From Anthoceros angustus (lineage: Eukaryota > Plantae > Anthocerotophyta): a DNA stretch of 64,000 nt. Under the pieces are notes generated by a model. The model was not told the origin of the DNA. It did no database searches and saw only the letters and a program-made list of their open reading frames with translations. The stretch's first letter is position 1; every line of letters starts with the position of its first letter. Shown piece after piece: positions 11,806-25,800 of the stretch. A program made the translations under genes and the position numbers. The stretch is from positions 179,757 through 243,756 of the forward strand of contig MU008218.1 of the NCBI GenBank assembly GCA_010909165.1, in the 5' to 3' direction.

Positions 11806-13700
11806 ATTTTGGATTATGATACGATCGTGGAGGAACTTATTATTCCAGCTGAAGAAGATCATATACCATGGGGCACAATGAAAGCGACATGTAAGTATTT
11901 TGTTATTGGTATAGTATTTCAACTTGTATCATTAGGACATATCCATATGTTCAATACGTTCTTTAGAGTGTTAACACGAGTTTTCTATACATATTGAGCC
12001 TCGTGTGTTTGGATTTGATATTTTGTTTAATACTAATATCGGTATTACTACACCTGATTTTGCCAACTATTATGAAAGTATTCTTGGAGTTATATATGTT
12101 GATAGTAACTATAACATTCGGAGGTGAAAAGAATTATCAAACCACTTTATTCACGAATAAAGAAGTTTACTCCATGGAACTTGCCACAAAATCTGTTAAA
12201 TGCGCTACAAGAGATATGCCGGTGAAAGGTCTCAATGGGAGGTAGAGTGGAAAGTTTTAGAAGATGGAACCACAAAGGCTAAAGGAATAGTAGCGACAAT
12301 AGAAGACAAGCCTCGACATATTGTGATGCCGCGAATCGAACCATACGTCGGTAAGAAAGCGACAAGGATAAATCTAGCGAGCGTATGCTACCACAACTAC
12401 AATTACTTTTATTGTACTTATTTTGAATGTACTAGATGTTTACTTATTGACCTTTCAAATATGTGCTAATTATTACAGATAAGTGTTATGATGCGAGCTT
12501 ACCCGATTTTAGAAGAAAAACTTCTAGCGTGCAATGTAAATTTTTTAAACTTTCATTTATTTAAATTATACTAAATTTTTTCTCTTATCTTCATACATAT
12601 AAAACAAATTTCTTTTATGGATTAATGGGCTGCTGAGCTAATTTTTTCAATCTAACTTTTGCGCTTACTATGTGCAGAAAGCAGTGCAAATTGAAGCCCC
12701 TTACAATCCAATCACATGGACGAAGATGTACAGAGATGGGCGAGGCATTGAACTATCAATTTCATCATAAGTTCATTGTACGGGATATTTATGCGCCTTC
12801 AAGTGACCAACAAATTCAGTGGATAACTTTCAAACTAATTTTATTTATTCCTATTATAAATATAGTATTACCTCTAAAAGGTTAACTTTTCTTAGATTTA
12901 TGTTTTGGTTTATGAGGCACATTGATGTTTTAGACAATGCACTATGTTTTAATGATCATAATATTATTATTCATAAAATGTTAACAAATCTAATCTTAAT
13001 GGTTGTAGTACATGGAGCGCCTAGCATTTTGGGTGACGCGTGCTTGGCTTCCTAGTATCCAAGCACACATTCAAGTATATCCAAACGAAGATTACGGAAA
13101 GTTAAGCGACTTGAGAGCAAGATAAACAATGGGCACTTGGCAAATGTATTTATGGACAAGGGCATAGCTCAATGTTTCACGAATAGAGCGACAATGATAT
13201 TGTCAAAGATCTCAATGCGAAAAGGACAACAAGCATTACATGGGGTAGTCCAAGAAGGCATCAGTCAACATACTTCATCATATTTGTTTCAAACTTTAAA
13301 TTTTATTGTTTTTGAGCTAGATAATATTGAAACAAGACATGTTTCTTGGTTCAGTTTTGATTACTTGAACTATCATTGGCGCAATATTTTGGGATATGCG
13401 GTTTGATGAGGAGAAAGTGTATGATTTTACGTCAACTTATTGATAGTATCACAAGTTCCAGTGGAAGACCTGCCGATAAACCCAAATCCGTCTTGTCCAG
13501 GAGGCATGTCGAGAAAAAGGAATAAACTTTGTTACAACATATGAAAATCTAGATGGTACTCACTTGAAGATGGTCTGGGAGTTTTAATCGATCCAAGGAG
13601 GCCACAAGATCCCTTGTTGACGATGACATCGGATCCTTCATCAAGTCAAAAGGCGGCCGTATAAATTTAGCGAGAAGATAAAACCATATTTGGAGGTACC
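11806..13700 (+). pseudogene. Unidentified multi-exon gene in AT-rich DNA (copy 1)
   Basis: Coding-like blocks bounded by GT/AG, e.g. DTIVEELIIPAEEDHIPWGTMK|GTAAGT; ITFGGEKNYQTTLFTNKEVYSMELATK...WEVEWKVLEDG; HLANVFMDKGIAQC...ALHGVVQEGISQH. Frames are conserved in copy 2. Family not recognised. Confidence 0.45.
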
Positions 13701-14875
13701 CTCTCGTGAATCTCTTGGATAGTTTTTAGATGTTTGTCAACTCGACATGAAATACTAATCCCTTGTTTTGTAATGTGTTAGGGCTTACCAACTTGCAAAC
13801 AAGAGAATTCAAGAATGCATCGTAATGTTCACACTTCCCTCTTTCTTTTCTTGACTTTGACATTTGTTTTGTGGATAAATTTCAATATTCAAGTCAATCT
13901 AATTGAACTCCTCGGTGACATGCAACGTCAAGAGTTGATAAGTGCGCTCGACTGATTTGGAAAAATTGGAGGTATTGTGTTTTCGCATGAAATATGGAAA
14001 ACCTAAAATTAAACTCTTGAGAGAAGAAGGTCCTCCAAATTGCAAAAGTAAGATTTGAAGTTATTTGAAAAATAATGTTTATTTATTAACTATGTTTTTG
14101 TACTAAACAATTTTTTAATTTTAACCATGCATTACTTATATGGTGAATATTGATGTACCTCAATTTGGTACAATGGGTGCCTTGCGACCCAAAGCCTAAA
14201 ATGTTATTAGCTCGACACTCGCCATTATACAAATGCTCACAAAGTTGGAAGTATCCTCGAATGATCCGAAAAGGCCAAAAGTAACCTTGTACAAATTTGA
14301 ATTTTGTACAAGTTTGCGAAGTTATGATTGGAGATTTCGCTTTGAGACTTCATTTTAAGGAGGATTTAGTCTTTAGAATACATTTGATATGGTAAAAGCG
14401 ATAAAACTTCTAAAGTTACTCATAATCTAAATCTTGCGTGGATTTTCTTTGAGATGAACATGATGTCATAAATAGACCTTACCGTTATCGTTTGATTGTC
14501 AACCTACACTCCGCATTCATATATATGAGCAGGACATTTTCCCAAAGAATTCCTGCACACAAGGCCTCGGATTCACAGTAGGTTAGCACGCTTCCAATGT
14601 CTAAGCAGAATTGCAAAACAATTGCAAATCCGCTCGTCTTCCTACAAGTGAATCGTGCGCAGCCGATTCACCGGGTGTGACACAATTCTAGGCAACCCAA
14701 CCAAATAAGCGAGTCCGAACGAGGTGGATCGTCGCCGATTTTCTAACTCTTTGTGTTATGATGAGAGGTGAGCGATTGATGTTAGCCAACCGTGTCCTCG
14801 GTTTGGGCCGGTGGAGTTAGGCAAACACGTTCACACGCGGTGAGCACTGGCGCTGCCGTTATTTTCCACGATCGA

Positions 14876-15990
14876 CTAGGCGCAACCCGCAACAACCAAT
14901 AGCAAATCGATGCACCGCAGTACCCATCCGTCACAACAATGTCTCTCCATTCAAGCCTTGACATGATCTCTATGGGCTGCAATCATTGCACATGTATAGA
15001 TTCTTGGTTACCGCCGAGCTATCCTCGAGTGTTCAAGAGGCTAAAAGCTAGAGCTAGCTTCTCAAAGATGCCCACAAAGTACATCTTTCTTTCCTTCTCA
15101 AGTACACCGGCTATACCAAATTTGTGTGAGGGTCGTGGCCTCCTTCACACCTTTAGGTGGGCATTTGTGCTCTCTTCCAAGCAAATGTCCTCTCTTCTTT
15201 CTCAACCAAATCCATGTACTTGCTTAATCACGTCCATGCTTGCAAAAGCGCGTAGGTTTCTTATTAGCTACTACTACCCTTCTTTGTGTTTCAATCATGT
15301 TACGTCGGTCTATCTACATACTGCATCACCATAGGCATTGGCCGTGAGCACATTGCTCTGGGCCGCTTCCTAGGGGTCCGGCTTACAATGCTTTCAAAAC
15401 CCCACATCGCCTCTATATCTCCATGACTTTGCAGGCATTCAACAAAACATCAAGCCCATAGCATTACTTATTAAATTGGTTGGCCCTCCGGTGATAATAG
15501 CATCTTCTCTACCTCTAAATTGCCCGGCCGCCCAAGAAGATCAATCATGTAGGCGTAATGGTCAATAGGAGGTTTAATGCCATCTTTGTTGACCATGGAA
15601 TCGAAGTGCTGCGACCCTCATGGGCGATCCCATATGCATGATTTGCATGCTCCTAAAAGGCAAGTGAGCAAGCACCATCAAGGCGAATGCCCGGCGTAGC
15701 TAACATCTCCTCAAAACAAGCTAGTGCATTGTGGCCACCATCACAAGCACCATACCCGAGATGTGGTGGTCCATCATATGTCACCACATCCTGCTGACCC
15801 ATCTTTGTCAAAAGCGTGGTGTGCATCGTCGATGGTTCACCACATTTTGCATATGTCCACCAGCAAGTGCCCAACACTACATTATCTGAGTCCTCTTTCA
15901 ACACGATAATTTTGAAGCGGCTCAATATCTGAGCTTCCTACAAAATGGAAGCCGCTTAGGAAAACACGACAACTAAACATAGCTCCTACA
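14876..15990 (-). pseudogene. 5'-truncated PLS-class PPR gene with E and DYW:KP-type domains (copy 1)
   Basis: Across frameshifts: NVVLGTCLVD.YAKCGE.DDAHHAFDKM.QQDVVT; HFDSMVNKDGIKPPIDHYAYMIDLLG; LLNACKSHGD; NKKP...VHGF; EGGHDPHTNLV; KKDVLCGH.EKLALAFSLLNT; VTKNLYMCNDC; IEIMSRLEWRDIVVTDGY.VHRF. Confidence 0.88.
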
Positions 15991-16299
15991 TTTGTAGTGA
16001 ATTCACATGGTTTCTAGGTTTAGGGTTTTATAAAAGAGCATTTACAACATCGAGCTAGATAGTCATTAGTGGTCGTGGCGCGGCATGCACGGCCAGATTT
16101 CTGACAATCCAAAAATATGGCGTACATAGATTACCCAAAAATAGCGTTTGGCATACATGCATGCTAAGGTAAAAGCAGTGGTGAAGCCTGGCGCCCACCC
16201 TGACATGTTTGATAAATGTAAGCGGCCTAAAACAATTTGATCAGCTGATCTAAGTAGAAAGGTCTTCCATTCCGGTTTGAGTCTCGGAGGCATTTTCCA

Positions 16300-18205
16300 A
16301 GCCGCGCTATTCATGACCACTTCCAGGTCCTTTTAGTGAGCATGCTCCGTATTTTCAAAGTTATCATTTTCTTCCATAGCATTATCTTCGTCGATATGGT
16401 CTTCTTCCACCATTGTTGGAGTCGTTTTGGGTCCAAAGCAGCATCTAGGGGTCCTGCTGCCCATCGTCCGGGATGTCACCGATATTCTCCTTCCTTCATT
16501 GGTATCAAACAAAACAATGTGCGATCGAGACTCATCCTTTTTGGACAAACTCACCTCTTTTGCAGAACTAGGTCGGGCCCCGGCGATGTGGTTCATGATT
16601 CAACTCTTCTTCTACGTCCGGCGCCCGTAGCCATGGATCCTCCGAGGAATAAACTTTTTGCACCTCTTGTCTTGCTCGATTGCAGAATGCGATTGCGTTA
16701 GCAAAGCCGCCAAAGTTGTTGACCCACTCGACCAAGCATCTAGAATCCAATCCCCTCCTTGAGAAGCTTTTGATGAGCCTCATCGTCAAAGCCAAAGGCC
16801 TTTGATAAGCACGGACCACTTGTCCAATGATGTGTACAACAACGTCTTCACCAACATGGGATGCAGATGACGCCCATTGTTGAAAGACCCATGGATGTTA
16901 GTGGGGATCATGGAAACTTTGGTCTTCTTGCTATCCGATGTTTAACCCCACCCTAGGTTGGCGTACTCCATAATGTCGTATCCACCCAAGTCGTTGTGCA
17001 TATTTGTTTTGACAAACGTCCGCATATACTCCGGAAGATTCAACTTTTGTCCTCCGCCATTCGATCTTCCTCTCTCGCTCAATGCCTCATTAGTCGAATG
17101 CCCTAAAATATCTAGGACCGGCCCATCCTCTTCATCCAAGGCCCAAACTCATTGTCTTCTTCATCTTCTACAAAATGTCTCCTTGTGCGAAAGCTTCAAG
17201 ACCTTGTCGAGTACTCCGATGTGAGATTTCTACTTTGAGTTTTGATGGATTGTGTTATCATCAAGACAAGGCCCTCACACAGCTCCCAGTGAACATCAAA
17301 ATTCCGGATCAACATTCCTTAGTACAAGACATGAATGTTTCGACTTACGTTCAAAGCACAAGCAAAGATATCACGAGTTCTTGCAAATAACACTTACACT
17401 CTATGCACATAGCGCCTCATGAAATTTCGGAGATACATCTCCGGGCTCGCACTCGGGCATTGAAGTTAGACATACTCGATTACCAAATACACATGTGCCG
17501 TCATTGTCACGGAAGAGTATCAAATTCATAGGGTCTTCCTATGCGAGCACTTGGAACTCGTAACCTCGTGCTCCAAGGCAAGTGTGCCCACACAACCGCC
17601 CTCACTCTTTGGTTCGGCGGAGCTCGCGTGTCCATACATCCACAACTTCAGCATTGGAGTCCACATAACGTTCTCTGTCAAGCTCCCTAGCACGAGTGAA
17701 AAACCATTCGGGGCCTAAAACTTAAAGGCGGGGCCAAACGGTTGGCCCTGTTCCTCGCCTTCACCGACGCGCGAGAGGTCGCGTCCACCATGACTTCAAC
17801 CAAAGCGACTATGGTGGATGCGAGCTCCACCACGGTGCTTGGCGCATGGCTCGCCTTGACCGCAGAGCCGGGCGATGATGCTGAGGCGGTGCATCCACAA
17901 TTTCAGAGGGCGACATCGTGGCGATTCGCGGTGTGTGCGCTGCGCCACGGAGTGCAAGACTCCCATCAGCTGAAATTGCTGCAAAATTTCAAGAGGTCAA
18001 GAAGGAAGAAAAGGGGTAGGCGTGCGGTGGTGCCCGCCTGTAAGCATGTTGATGGAGCCGATGGTCGCCTCTCATGCGGTAATGATGAAGACGCCCCGGT
18101 GCTAGATCTTGTGCTCGCAAGTTTTGATGGGAAGGAGCGGCGTCTTGGAAAACTGCTGGAATGTGAGTTGGGAGCATCGCCCCAAGCACTTGTTCACAAT
18201 GGTCG
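16300..18205 (-). pseudogene. Possible KDZ (Kyakuja-Dileera-Zisupton)-type transposase remnant (copy 1, 5'-truncated at the block junction)
   Basis: Fragmentary motifs in KDZ order: C.QLTF..F, GVFIITA(C)....INML.GG..HAYPF, and GEE.EQ.N. Recognition is by eye on noisy sequence only. Confidence 0.4.
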
Positions 18206-18323
18206 ATTTCACGGTAGGTTTCAAAGCCACGCTTTCCTGTCACTAATTTGACCTCCGTCGTTCGCCTTCGCCCAAGACTATGGAGAGAGTGAAATTGAAG
18301 GCCCAGCCTATTGCAAATTCGTT

Positions 18324-21300
18324 GATCGACATGAAATGCAGTAGAATATGGGTACGATCATGAGCACACCATGATGGTGCCGCTTTATCGACTAAGCTTT
18401 GAAGGTCACAACTAACACGAGGTCTAATATATAGAGCATGTCACGCCCACTGCTGATGGTGAGGAGTATATAGCCAGCACCAAATCTTCACTCCCGCAGT
18501 AGAGGGCTGCAGCCTCAAAAATGGGGGTGAGGTGGAGGGAGAGATGCCGAGGTGGAGACCCAACATTTTTTGAGGAATGGAGCCGCAGTGAAGAGCGGGG
18601 GCTGAAGAATGGAGAGCCAATAATATAGGTGAAAATGGAGAGCCAACATGAGTGAACCTATCAGCTTATACTTCACTCGGGCGTAATATATTCTCTAATA
18701 TTCTCGTACTCTTTATGTCTGCTTCTATTAAAAGACAAGTTAAATAAGGATTTGAAGTACAATATATGGTGCATATAAAATAAAGAGTTAACGATGGGTA
18801 CCTTTCATTGAAAAATTGAGGATTAAGTTAGTGAAGTATTAGTTAGCTAATTTGATCATCAATAAAAAAAACTGATTAACATAGTGATAATAAATCTTCA
18901 TATGAACTTCAATAAAATAAAAATTAATTGAACCATCGATGACATACATGGTTGTCGAGAAAAATATAAAAGCTTGTTCTATATATGTAACGCCATACCT
19001 TCCGTTAATCATCACAAATTTTTGATGTCAATATGGATGCCATAATTGCTAGAAAAGTTATAGATGATATTATGCCTCAAAAAATAAATTATTATTTCAG
19101 AGATGCACTATTTGTACATGAAACTTTCTATGAACCACAAAACAAAGAGAATACAAGGTGTATATTAACATTCTTCACCTTTTTATAATATTTTATTTTA
19201 TTTCTTTGTTTTTCTTCCTTACGTAAGGCTATGATTGATTCGCGCCTTAAGCGATATGAGTTTATAGGGATTTTGTGTTAAGTTTCTTGATCTCAACATT
19301 CTTCGAAAATTATCCGACGTACGTTACAGCACGTTAACTGATGCAGCATGAAATCAAGGTAGAATATGGGTACGATCATGAGCACACCATGATGGTGCTG
19401 CTTTATGCGAGCTAAGCTGAAGGTCACAACTAACCTGAGGTCTAATATATAGCATGTCACGCCACTCGTTGATGGTGAGGAGTATATAGCCAGCCGCAAT
19501 CCGTCTTCACTCCCCTGCAATGTAGGGCTGCAGCCCAAAAATGGGCTGAGGTGGAGGAGACAGCCTGCCGAGGTGGAGACCCAACATTTTTGGGGGGAAT
19601 GGAGAGCCACAACGAGTGAAGAGCGGTGAAGAATGGAGAGCCAATAATATAGGTGAAAATGGAGAGCCAACATGAGTGAACCTATCGCTTATATACTTCA
19701 CTCACGTAATATATTCTAATATTCTCGCATTTTTATGTTCGCTCATTAAAAGACAAGTTAAATAAGGATTTGAAGTACAATATATGGTGCATATAAAATA
19801 AAGAGTTAACGCATGGGTACCTTTCATTGAAAAATTGAGGATTAAGTTAGTGAAGTATTAGTTAGCTAATTTGATCATCAATAAAAAAAACTGATTAACA
19901 TAGTGATAATAAATCTTCATATGAACTTCAATAAAATAAAAATTAATTGAACCATCGATGACATACATGGTTGTCGAGAAAAATATAAAAGCTTGTTCTA
20001 TATATGTAACGCCATACCTTCCGTTAATCATCACAAATTTTTGATGTCAATATGGATGCCATAATTGCTAGAAAAGTTATAGATGATATTATGCCTCAAA
20101 AAATAAATTATTATTTCAGAGATGCACTATTTGTACATGAAACTTTCTATGAACCACAAAACAAAGAGAATACAAGGTGTATATTAACATTCTTCACCTT
20201 TTTATAATATTTTATTTTATTTCTTTGTTTTTCTTCCTTACGTAAGGCTATGATTGATTCGCGCCTTAAGCGATATGAGTTTATAGGGATTTTGTGTTAA
20301 GTTTCTTGATCTCAACATTCTTCGAAAATTATCCGACGTACGTTACAGCACGTTAACTGATGCAGCATGAAATCAAGGTAGAATATGGGTACGATCATGA
20401 GCACACCATGATGGTGCTGCAAAAGCTTTATGCGAGCTGTGAAGGTCACAACTAACCTGAGGTCTAATATAGAGCATGTCACGCCACTCGTTGATGGTGA
20501 GGAGTATATAGCCCAGCCGCAATCCGTCTTCACTCAAATGTAGGGCTGCAGCCTCAAAAATGGGCTGAGGTGGAGGGAGAGATGCCGAGGTGGAGACCCA
20601 ACATTTTTGGGAATGGAGCCACAACGAGTGAAGGCGGCTGGTGAAGAATGGAGAGCCAATAATATAGGTGAAAATGGAGAGCCAACATGAGTGAACCTAT
20701 CAGCTTATACTCACTTCACGGGCGTAATATATTCTCTAATATTCTCGTACTCTTTATGTTAGTCTATTAAAAGACAAGTTAAATAAGGATTTGAAGTACA
20801 ATATATGGTGCATATAAAATAAAGAGTTAACGCATGGGTACCTTTCATTGAAAAATTGAGGATTAAGTTAGTGAAGTATTAGTTAGCTAATTTGATCATC
20901 AATAAAAAAACTGATTAACATAGTGATAATAAATCTTCATATGAACTTCAATAAAATAAAAATTAATTGAACCATCGATGACATACATGGTTGTCGAGAA
21001 AAATATAAAAAGCTTGTTCTATATATGTAACGCCATACATACATTAATCATCACAAATTTTTGATGTCAATATGGATGCCATAATTGCTAGAAAAGTTAT
21101 AGATGATATTATGCCTCAGAAAAAATAAATTATTATTTCAGAGATGCACTATTTGTACATGAAACTTTCTATGAACCACAAAACAAAGAGAATACGAAGG
21201 TATATTAACATTCTTCACCTTTTTATAATATTTTATTTTATTTCTTTGTTTTTCTTCCTTACGTAAGGCTATGATTGATTCCGACCTTAAGCGATATGAG

Positions 21301-21380
21301 TTTATAGGGATTTTGTGTTAAGTTTCTTGATCTCAACATTCTTCTGAAAAATTATCCGGACGTACATTACACACGTTAAG
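18324..21380. repeat. Tandem triplication of a ~1.02-kb segment within copy 2
   Basis: Units start near 18324, 19341 and 20360; the junction ...ACGTTAACTGATGCAGCATGAAATC occurs at both 19330-19355 and 20350-20375; single copy in block 1. Confidence 0.9.
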
Positions 21381-21705
21381 CGATATGCAGTGTGAATAAC
21401 GGCCACTTACTATTTGTGTGAAACAAGGTATTGTTAGATACTTTGTATACATGTTTGAATCTATTGTATAAAACAACTGCTAGATACTATGTATGCATGT
21501 TTGAATCTTTTGTATGAAACAGTACCGTTAGATACCATGTATACATACTTGAATCTATTGAATGAATACGGTACTTTTAGATACTTTGTATACATGCTTC
21601 ATCTATTGCTTCATGCCTTCATGTTTGCTATTATGATTTAATGTGTAAAGGATCCTCACTTCGCTACTTTGTATGTTTAAAGGTATTCAATGCTTTCGTC
21701 ATAGA

Positions 21706-23580
21706 TTTTCGGATTATGATGATCGTGGAGGAACTTATTATTCCAGCTGAAGAAGATCATATACCATGGGGCACAATGAAACGACAGGCATGTAAGTATT
21801 TTGTTATTGGTATAGTATTTCAACTTGTATCATTAGGACATATCCATATGTTCACACGTTCTTTAGAGTGTTAACACGAGTTTTCTATACATATTGAGCC
21901 TCGTGTGTTTGATTTGATATTTTGTTTAATACTAATATCGGTATTACTACACGATTTTTGCCAACTATTATGAAAGTATTCTTGGAGTTATATATGTTGA
22001 TAGTAACTATAACATTCGGAGGTGAAAAGAATTATCAAACCACTTTATTCACGAATAAAGAAGTTTACTCCATGGAACTTGCCACAAAATCCTTATGCGC
22101 TACAAGAGATATGCAGAAAGGTCTCCAATGGGAGGTAGAGTGGAAAGTTTTAGAAGATGGAACCACAAAGGCTAAAGGAATAGTAGCGACAATAGAAGAC
22201 AAGCCTCGACATATTGTGATGCACGCGAATCGAACCCGCACGTCGGTAAGAAAAGAAGGATAAATCTAGCGACGTATGCTACCACAACTACGTACTTTTA
22301 TTGTACTTATTTTGAATGTACTAGATGTTTACTTATTGACCTTTCAAATATGTGCTAATTATTACGGATAAGTGTTATGATCACGAGCTTACCCGATTTT
22401 AGAAGAAAAACTTCTAGCGTTATGTAAATTTTTAAGCTGTTTCATTTATTTAAATTATACTAAATTTTTTTCTCTTATCTTCATACATATAAAACAAATT
22501 TCTTTTATGGATTAATGGGCTCTGAGCTAATTTTTCAATCTAACTTTTAGCTACTATGTGCAATGAAAGCAAGTGCAAATTGAAGCCTTACAATCCAATC
22601 ACATGGCCGAAGATGTCTGAGGCTGGGCGGGCATTGAACTATCAATTTCATCATAAGTTCATTGTACGGGATATTTATGCGCCTTCAAGTGACCAACAAA
22701 TTGGTGGATAACTTTCAAACTAATTTTATTTATTCCTATTATAAATATAGTATTACCTCTAAAAGGTTAACTTTTCTTAGATTTATGTTTTGGTTTATGA
22801 GGCACATTGATGTTTTAGACAATGCACTATGTTTTAATGATCATAATATTATTATTCATAAAATGTTAACAAATCTAATCTTAATGGTTGTAGTACATGG
22901 GCGCCTAGCATTTTGGGTGTGACGTGCTTGGCTTCCTAGTATCCAAGCACCGATTCAAGTATATCAAGCGAAGATTCCGGAAAGTTAAGCGACTTGAGAA
23001 CAGAAGAAACAATGGGCACTTGGCAAATGTATTTATGGACAAGGGCATAGCTCAATGTTTGATCCGCATAGAGCGAACAATGATATTGTCAAAGATCTCA
23101 ATGCGAAAAGGACAACAAGCATTACATGGGGTAGTCCAAGAAGGCATCAGTCAACATACTTCATCATATTTGTTTAAAACTTTAAATTTTATTGTTTTGA
23201 GCTAGATAATATTGAAACAAGACATGTTTCTTGGTTCAGTTTTTCTGATTACTTGAACTATCATTGGCGCAATATTTTGGGATATGCGGTTTGATGAGGA
23301 GAAAGTCGAGATGATTTTACGTCAACTTATTGATAGTATCACAAGTTCCAGTGGAAGACCGGATAAACCCGGTCAAATCTTGTCCAGGAGGCATGTCAAG
23401 AAAAAGGAATAAACTTTGTTACAACATATGAAAATCTAGATGGTACTCACTTGAAGATGGTGTGGGAGTTTTAAGCGATCCAAGGAGGCCACAAGATCCC
23501 TTGTTGACGATGACATCGATCCTTCATCAAGTCAAAAGACGCGTATAAATTTAGCAGAGAAGATAAAACCATATTTGGAG
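21706..23580 (+). pseudogene. Unidentified multi-exon gene (copy 2)
   Basis: Same peptide blocks as 11806-13700 (IVEELIIPAEEDHIPWGTMK; VLGFLVSKHRFKYIKRRFRKVKRLE; VQEACQEKGINFVTTYENLDGTHLKM). Confidence 0.45.
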
Positions 23581-25800
23581 GTACCCTCTCGTGAATCTCT
23601 TGGATAGTTTTAGATGTTTGTCAACTCGACATGAAATACTAATCCCTTGTTTTTGTAATGTGTTAGGGCTTACCAACTTGCAAACAAGAGAATTCAAGAA
23701 TGCATCGTAATGTTCACACTTCCCTCTTTCTTTTCTTGACTTTGACATTTGTTTGTGGATAAATTTCAATATTCAAGTCAATCTAATTGAACTCCTCACG
23801 GGTGACATGCAACGTCAAGAGTTGATAAGTGCGCTCGACCGATTTGGAAAAATTGGAGGTATTGTGTTTTCGCATGAAATATGGAAAACCTAAAATTAAA
23901 CTCTTGAGAAGAAGGTCCTCAAATTGCAAAAGTAAGATTTGAAGTTATTTGAAAAATAATGTTTATTTATTAACTATGTTTTTGTACTAAACAATTTTTA
24001 ATTTTAACCATGCAGATTACTTATATGGTGAATATTGATGTACCTCAATTTGGTACAATGGAGTGCCTTTGCGACCCAAAGCCTAAAATGTTATTAGCTC
24101 AGCACTCCGCCATTATACAAATGCTCACAAAGTTGGAAGTATCCTCGAATGATCCGAAAAGGCCAAAAGTAACCCTTGTACAAATTTGAATTTTGTACAA
24201 GTTTGCCGAGTTATGATTGGAGATTTCGTTTGAGACTTCATTTTTAAGGAGGATTTAGTCTTTAGAATACATTTGATATGGTAAAACGATAAAACTTCTA
24301 AAGTTACTCATAATCTAAATCTTGCGTGGATTTTCTTTGAGATGAACATGATGTCCATAAATAGACCTTACCGTTATCGTTTGGTTATCAACCTACACTC
24401 CCGCATTCATATATATGAGCAGGGACATTTTCCCAAAGAATTCCTCGCACACAAGGCCTCAGTTCACATGAGGTTAGCACTCTGCTGATGTCACAAACCG
24501 AGGAATTGCAAAACAATTTGCAAATCCGCCTCGTCTTCCTACAAGCTGAATCGGCAAGCGCAGATTCCACGGGTGTGAGAATTCTAGCAACCAAATTGCC
24601 TTGTCCGGAGGCATGTCAAGAAAAAGGAATAAACTTTGTTACAACATATGAAAATCTAGATGGTACTCACTTGAAGATGGCGTGGAGTTTTAATCGATCC
24701 AAGGAGGCCACAAGATCCCTTGTTGAGATGACATCGGATCCTTCATCAAGTCAAAAGAGACGTATAAATTTAGCAGAAGATAAAACCATATTTGGAGGTA
24801 CCCTCGTGAATCTCTTGGATAGTTTTAGATGTTTGTCAACACGACATGAAATACTAATCCCTTGTTTTTGTAATGTGTTAGGGCTTACCAACTTGCAAAC
24901 AAGAGAATTCAAGAATGCATCGTAATAATTCACACTTCCTCTTTCTTTTCTTGACTTTGACATTTGTTTGTGGATAAATTTCAATATTCAAGTCAATCTA
25001 ATGAACTCTCACGGGTGACATGCAACGCGTCAAGAGTTGATAAGTGCGCCGACCGATTTGGAAAAATTGGAGGTATTGTGTTTTCGCATGAAATATGGAA
25101 AACCTAAAATTAAACTCTTCGGAGAAGAAGGTCCTCAAATTGCAAAAGTAAGATTTGAAGTTATTTGAAAAATAATGTTTATTTATTAACTATGTTTTTG
25201 TACTAAACAATTTTTAATTTTAACCATATTTACTTATATGGTGAATATTGATGTACCTCAATTTGGTACAATGGAGTGCGGCGACCCAAAGCCTAAAATG
25301 TTATTAGCTCAGACCGCCATTATACAAATGCTCACAAAGTTGGAAGTATCCTCGAATGATCCAAAAGGCCAAAAGTAACCCTTGTACAAATTTGAATTTT
25401 GTACAAGTTTGCCGAAAGTTATGATTGGAGATTTGTTTTGAGACTTCATTTTTAAGGAGGATTTAGTCTTTAGAATACATTTGATATGGTAAAACGATAA
25501 AACTTCTAAAGTTACTCATAATCTAAATCTTGCGTGGATTTTCTTTGAGATGAACATGATGTCCAATAGACCTTACGCTATCGCTTTGGTTATCAACCTA
25601 CACTCCCGCATTCATATATATGAGGGACATTTTCCCAAAGAATTCCTCCGCACACAAGGCCTCAGTTCTCAGAGGTTAGCAGCTCTGCCTCCAATGTCAC
25701 AAACCGAGGAATTGCAAAACAATTTGCAAATCCGCTCGCCTTCCTACAAGTCAACTGGCAAGCGCAGCCGATTCCACCGGTGTGACTCACCTAGCAACCC
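23379..25800. repeat. Tandem duplication of a ~1.22-kb segment within copy 2
   Basis: CTTGTCC.GGAGGCATGTCAAGAAAAAGG starts units near 23379 and 24599; single copy in block 1. Confidence 0.88.

Larger units (their letters stand above)
10332..18210. repeat. Copy 1 of a ~8-kb tandemly duplicated block (unknown spliced gene + PPR-DYW + KDZ-like gene)
   Basis: Begins CGGTAGGTTTCAAAGCCACGCTTTCC, as does copy 2 at 18212; collinear throughout with 18212-27379 plus 34898-36830. Confidence 0.92.
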
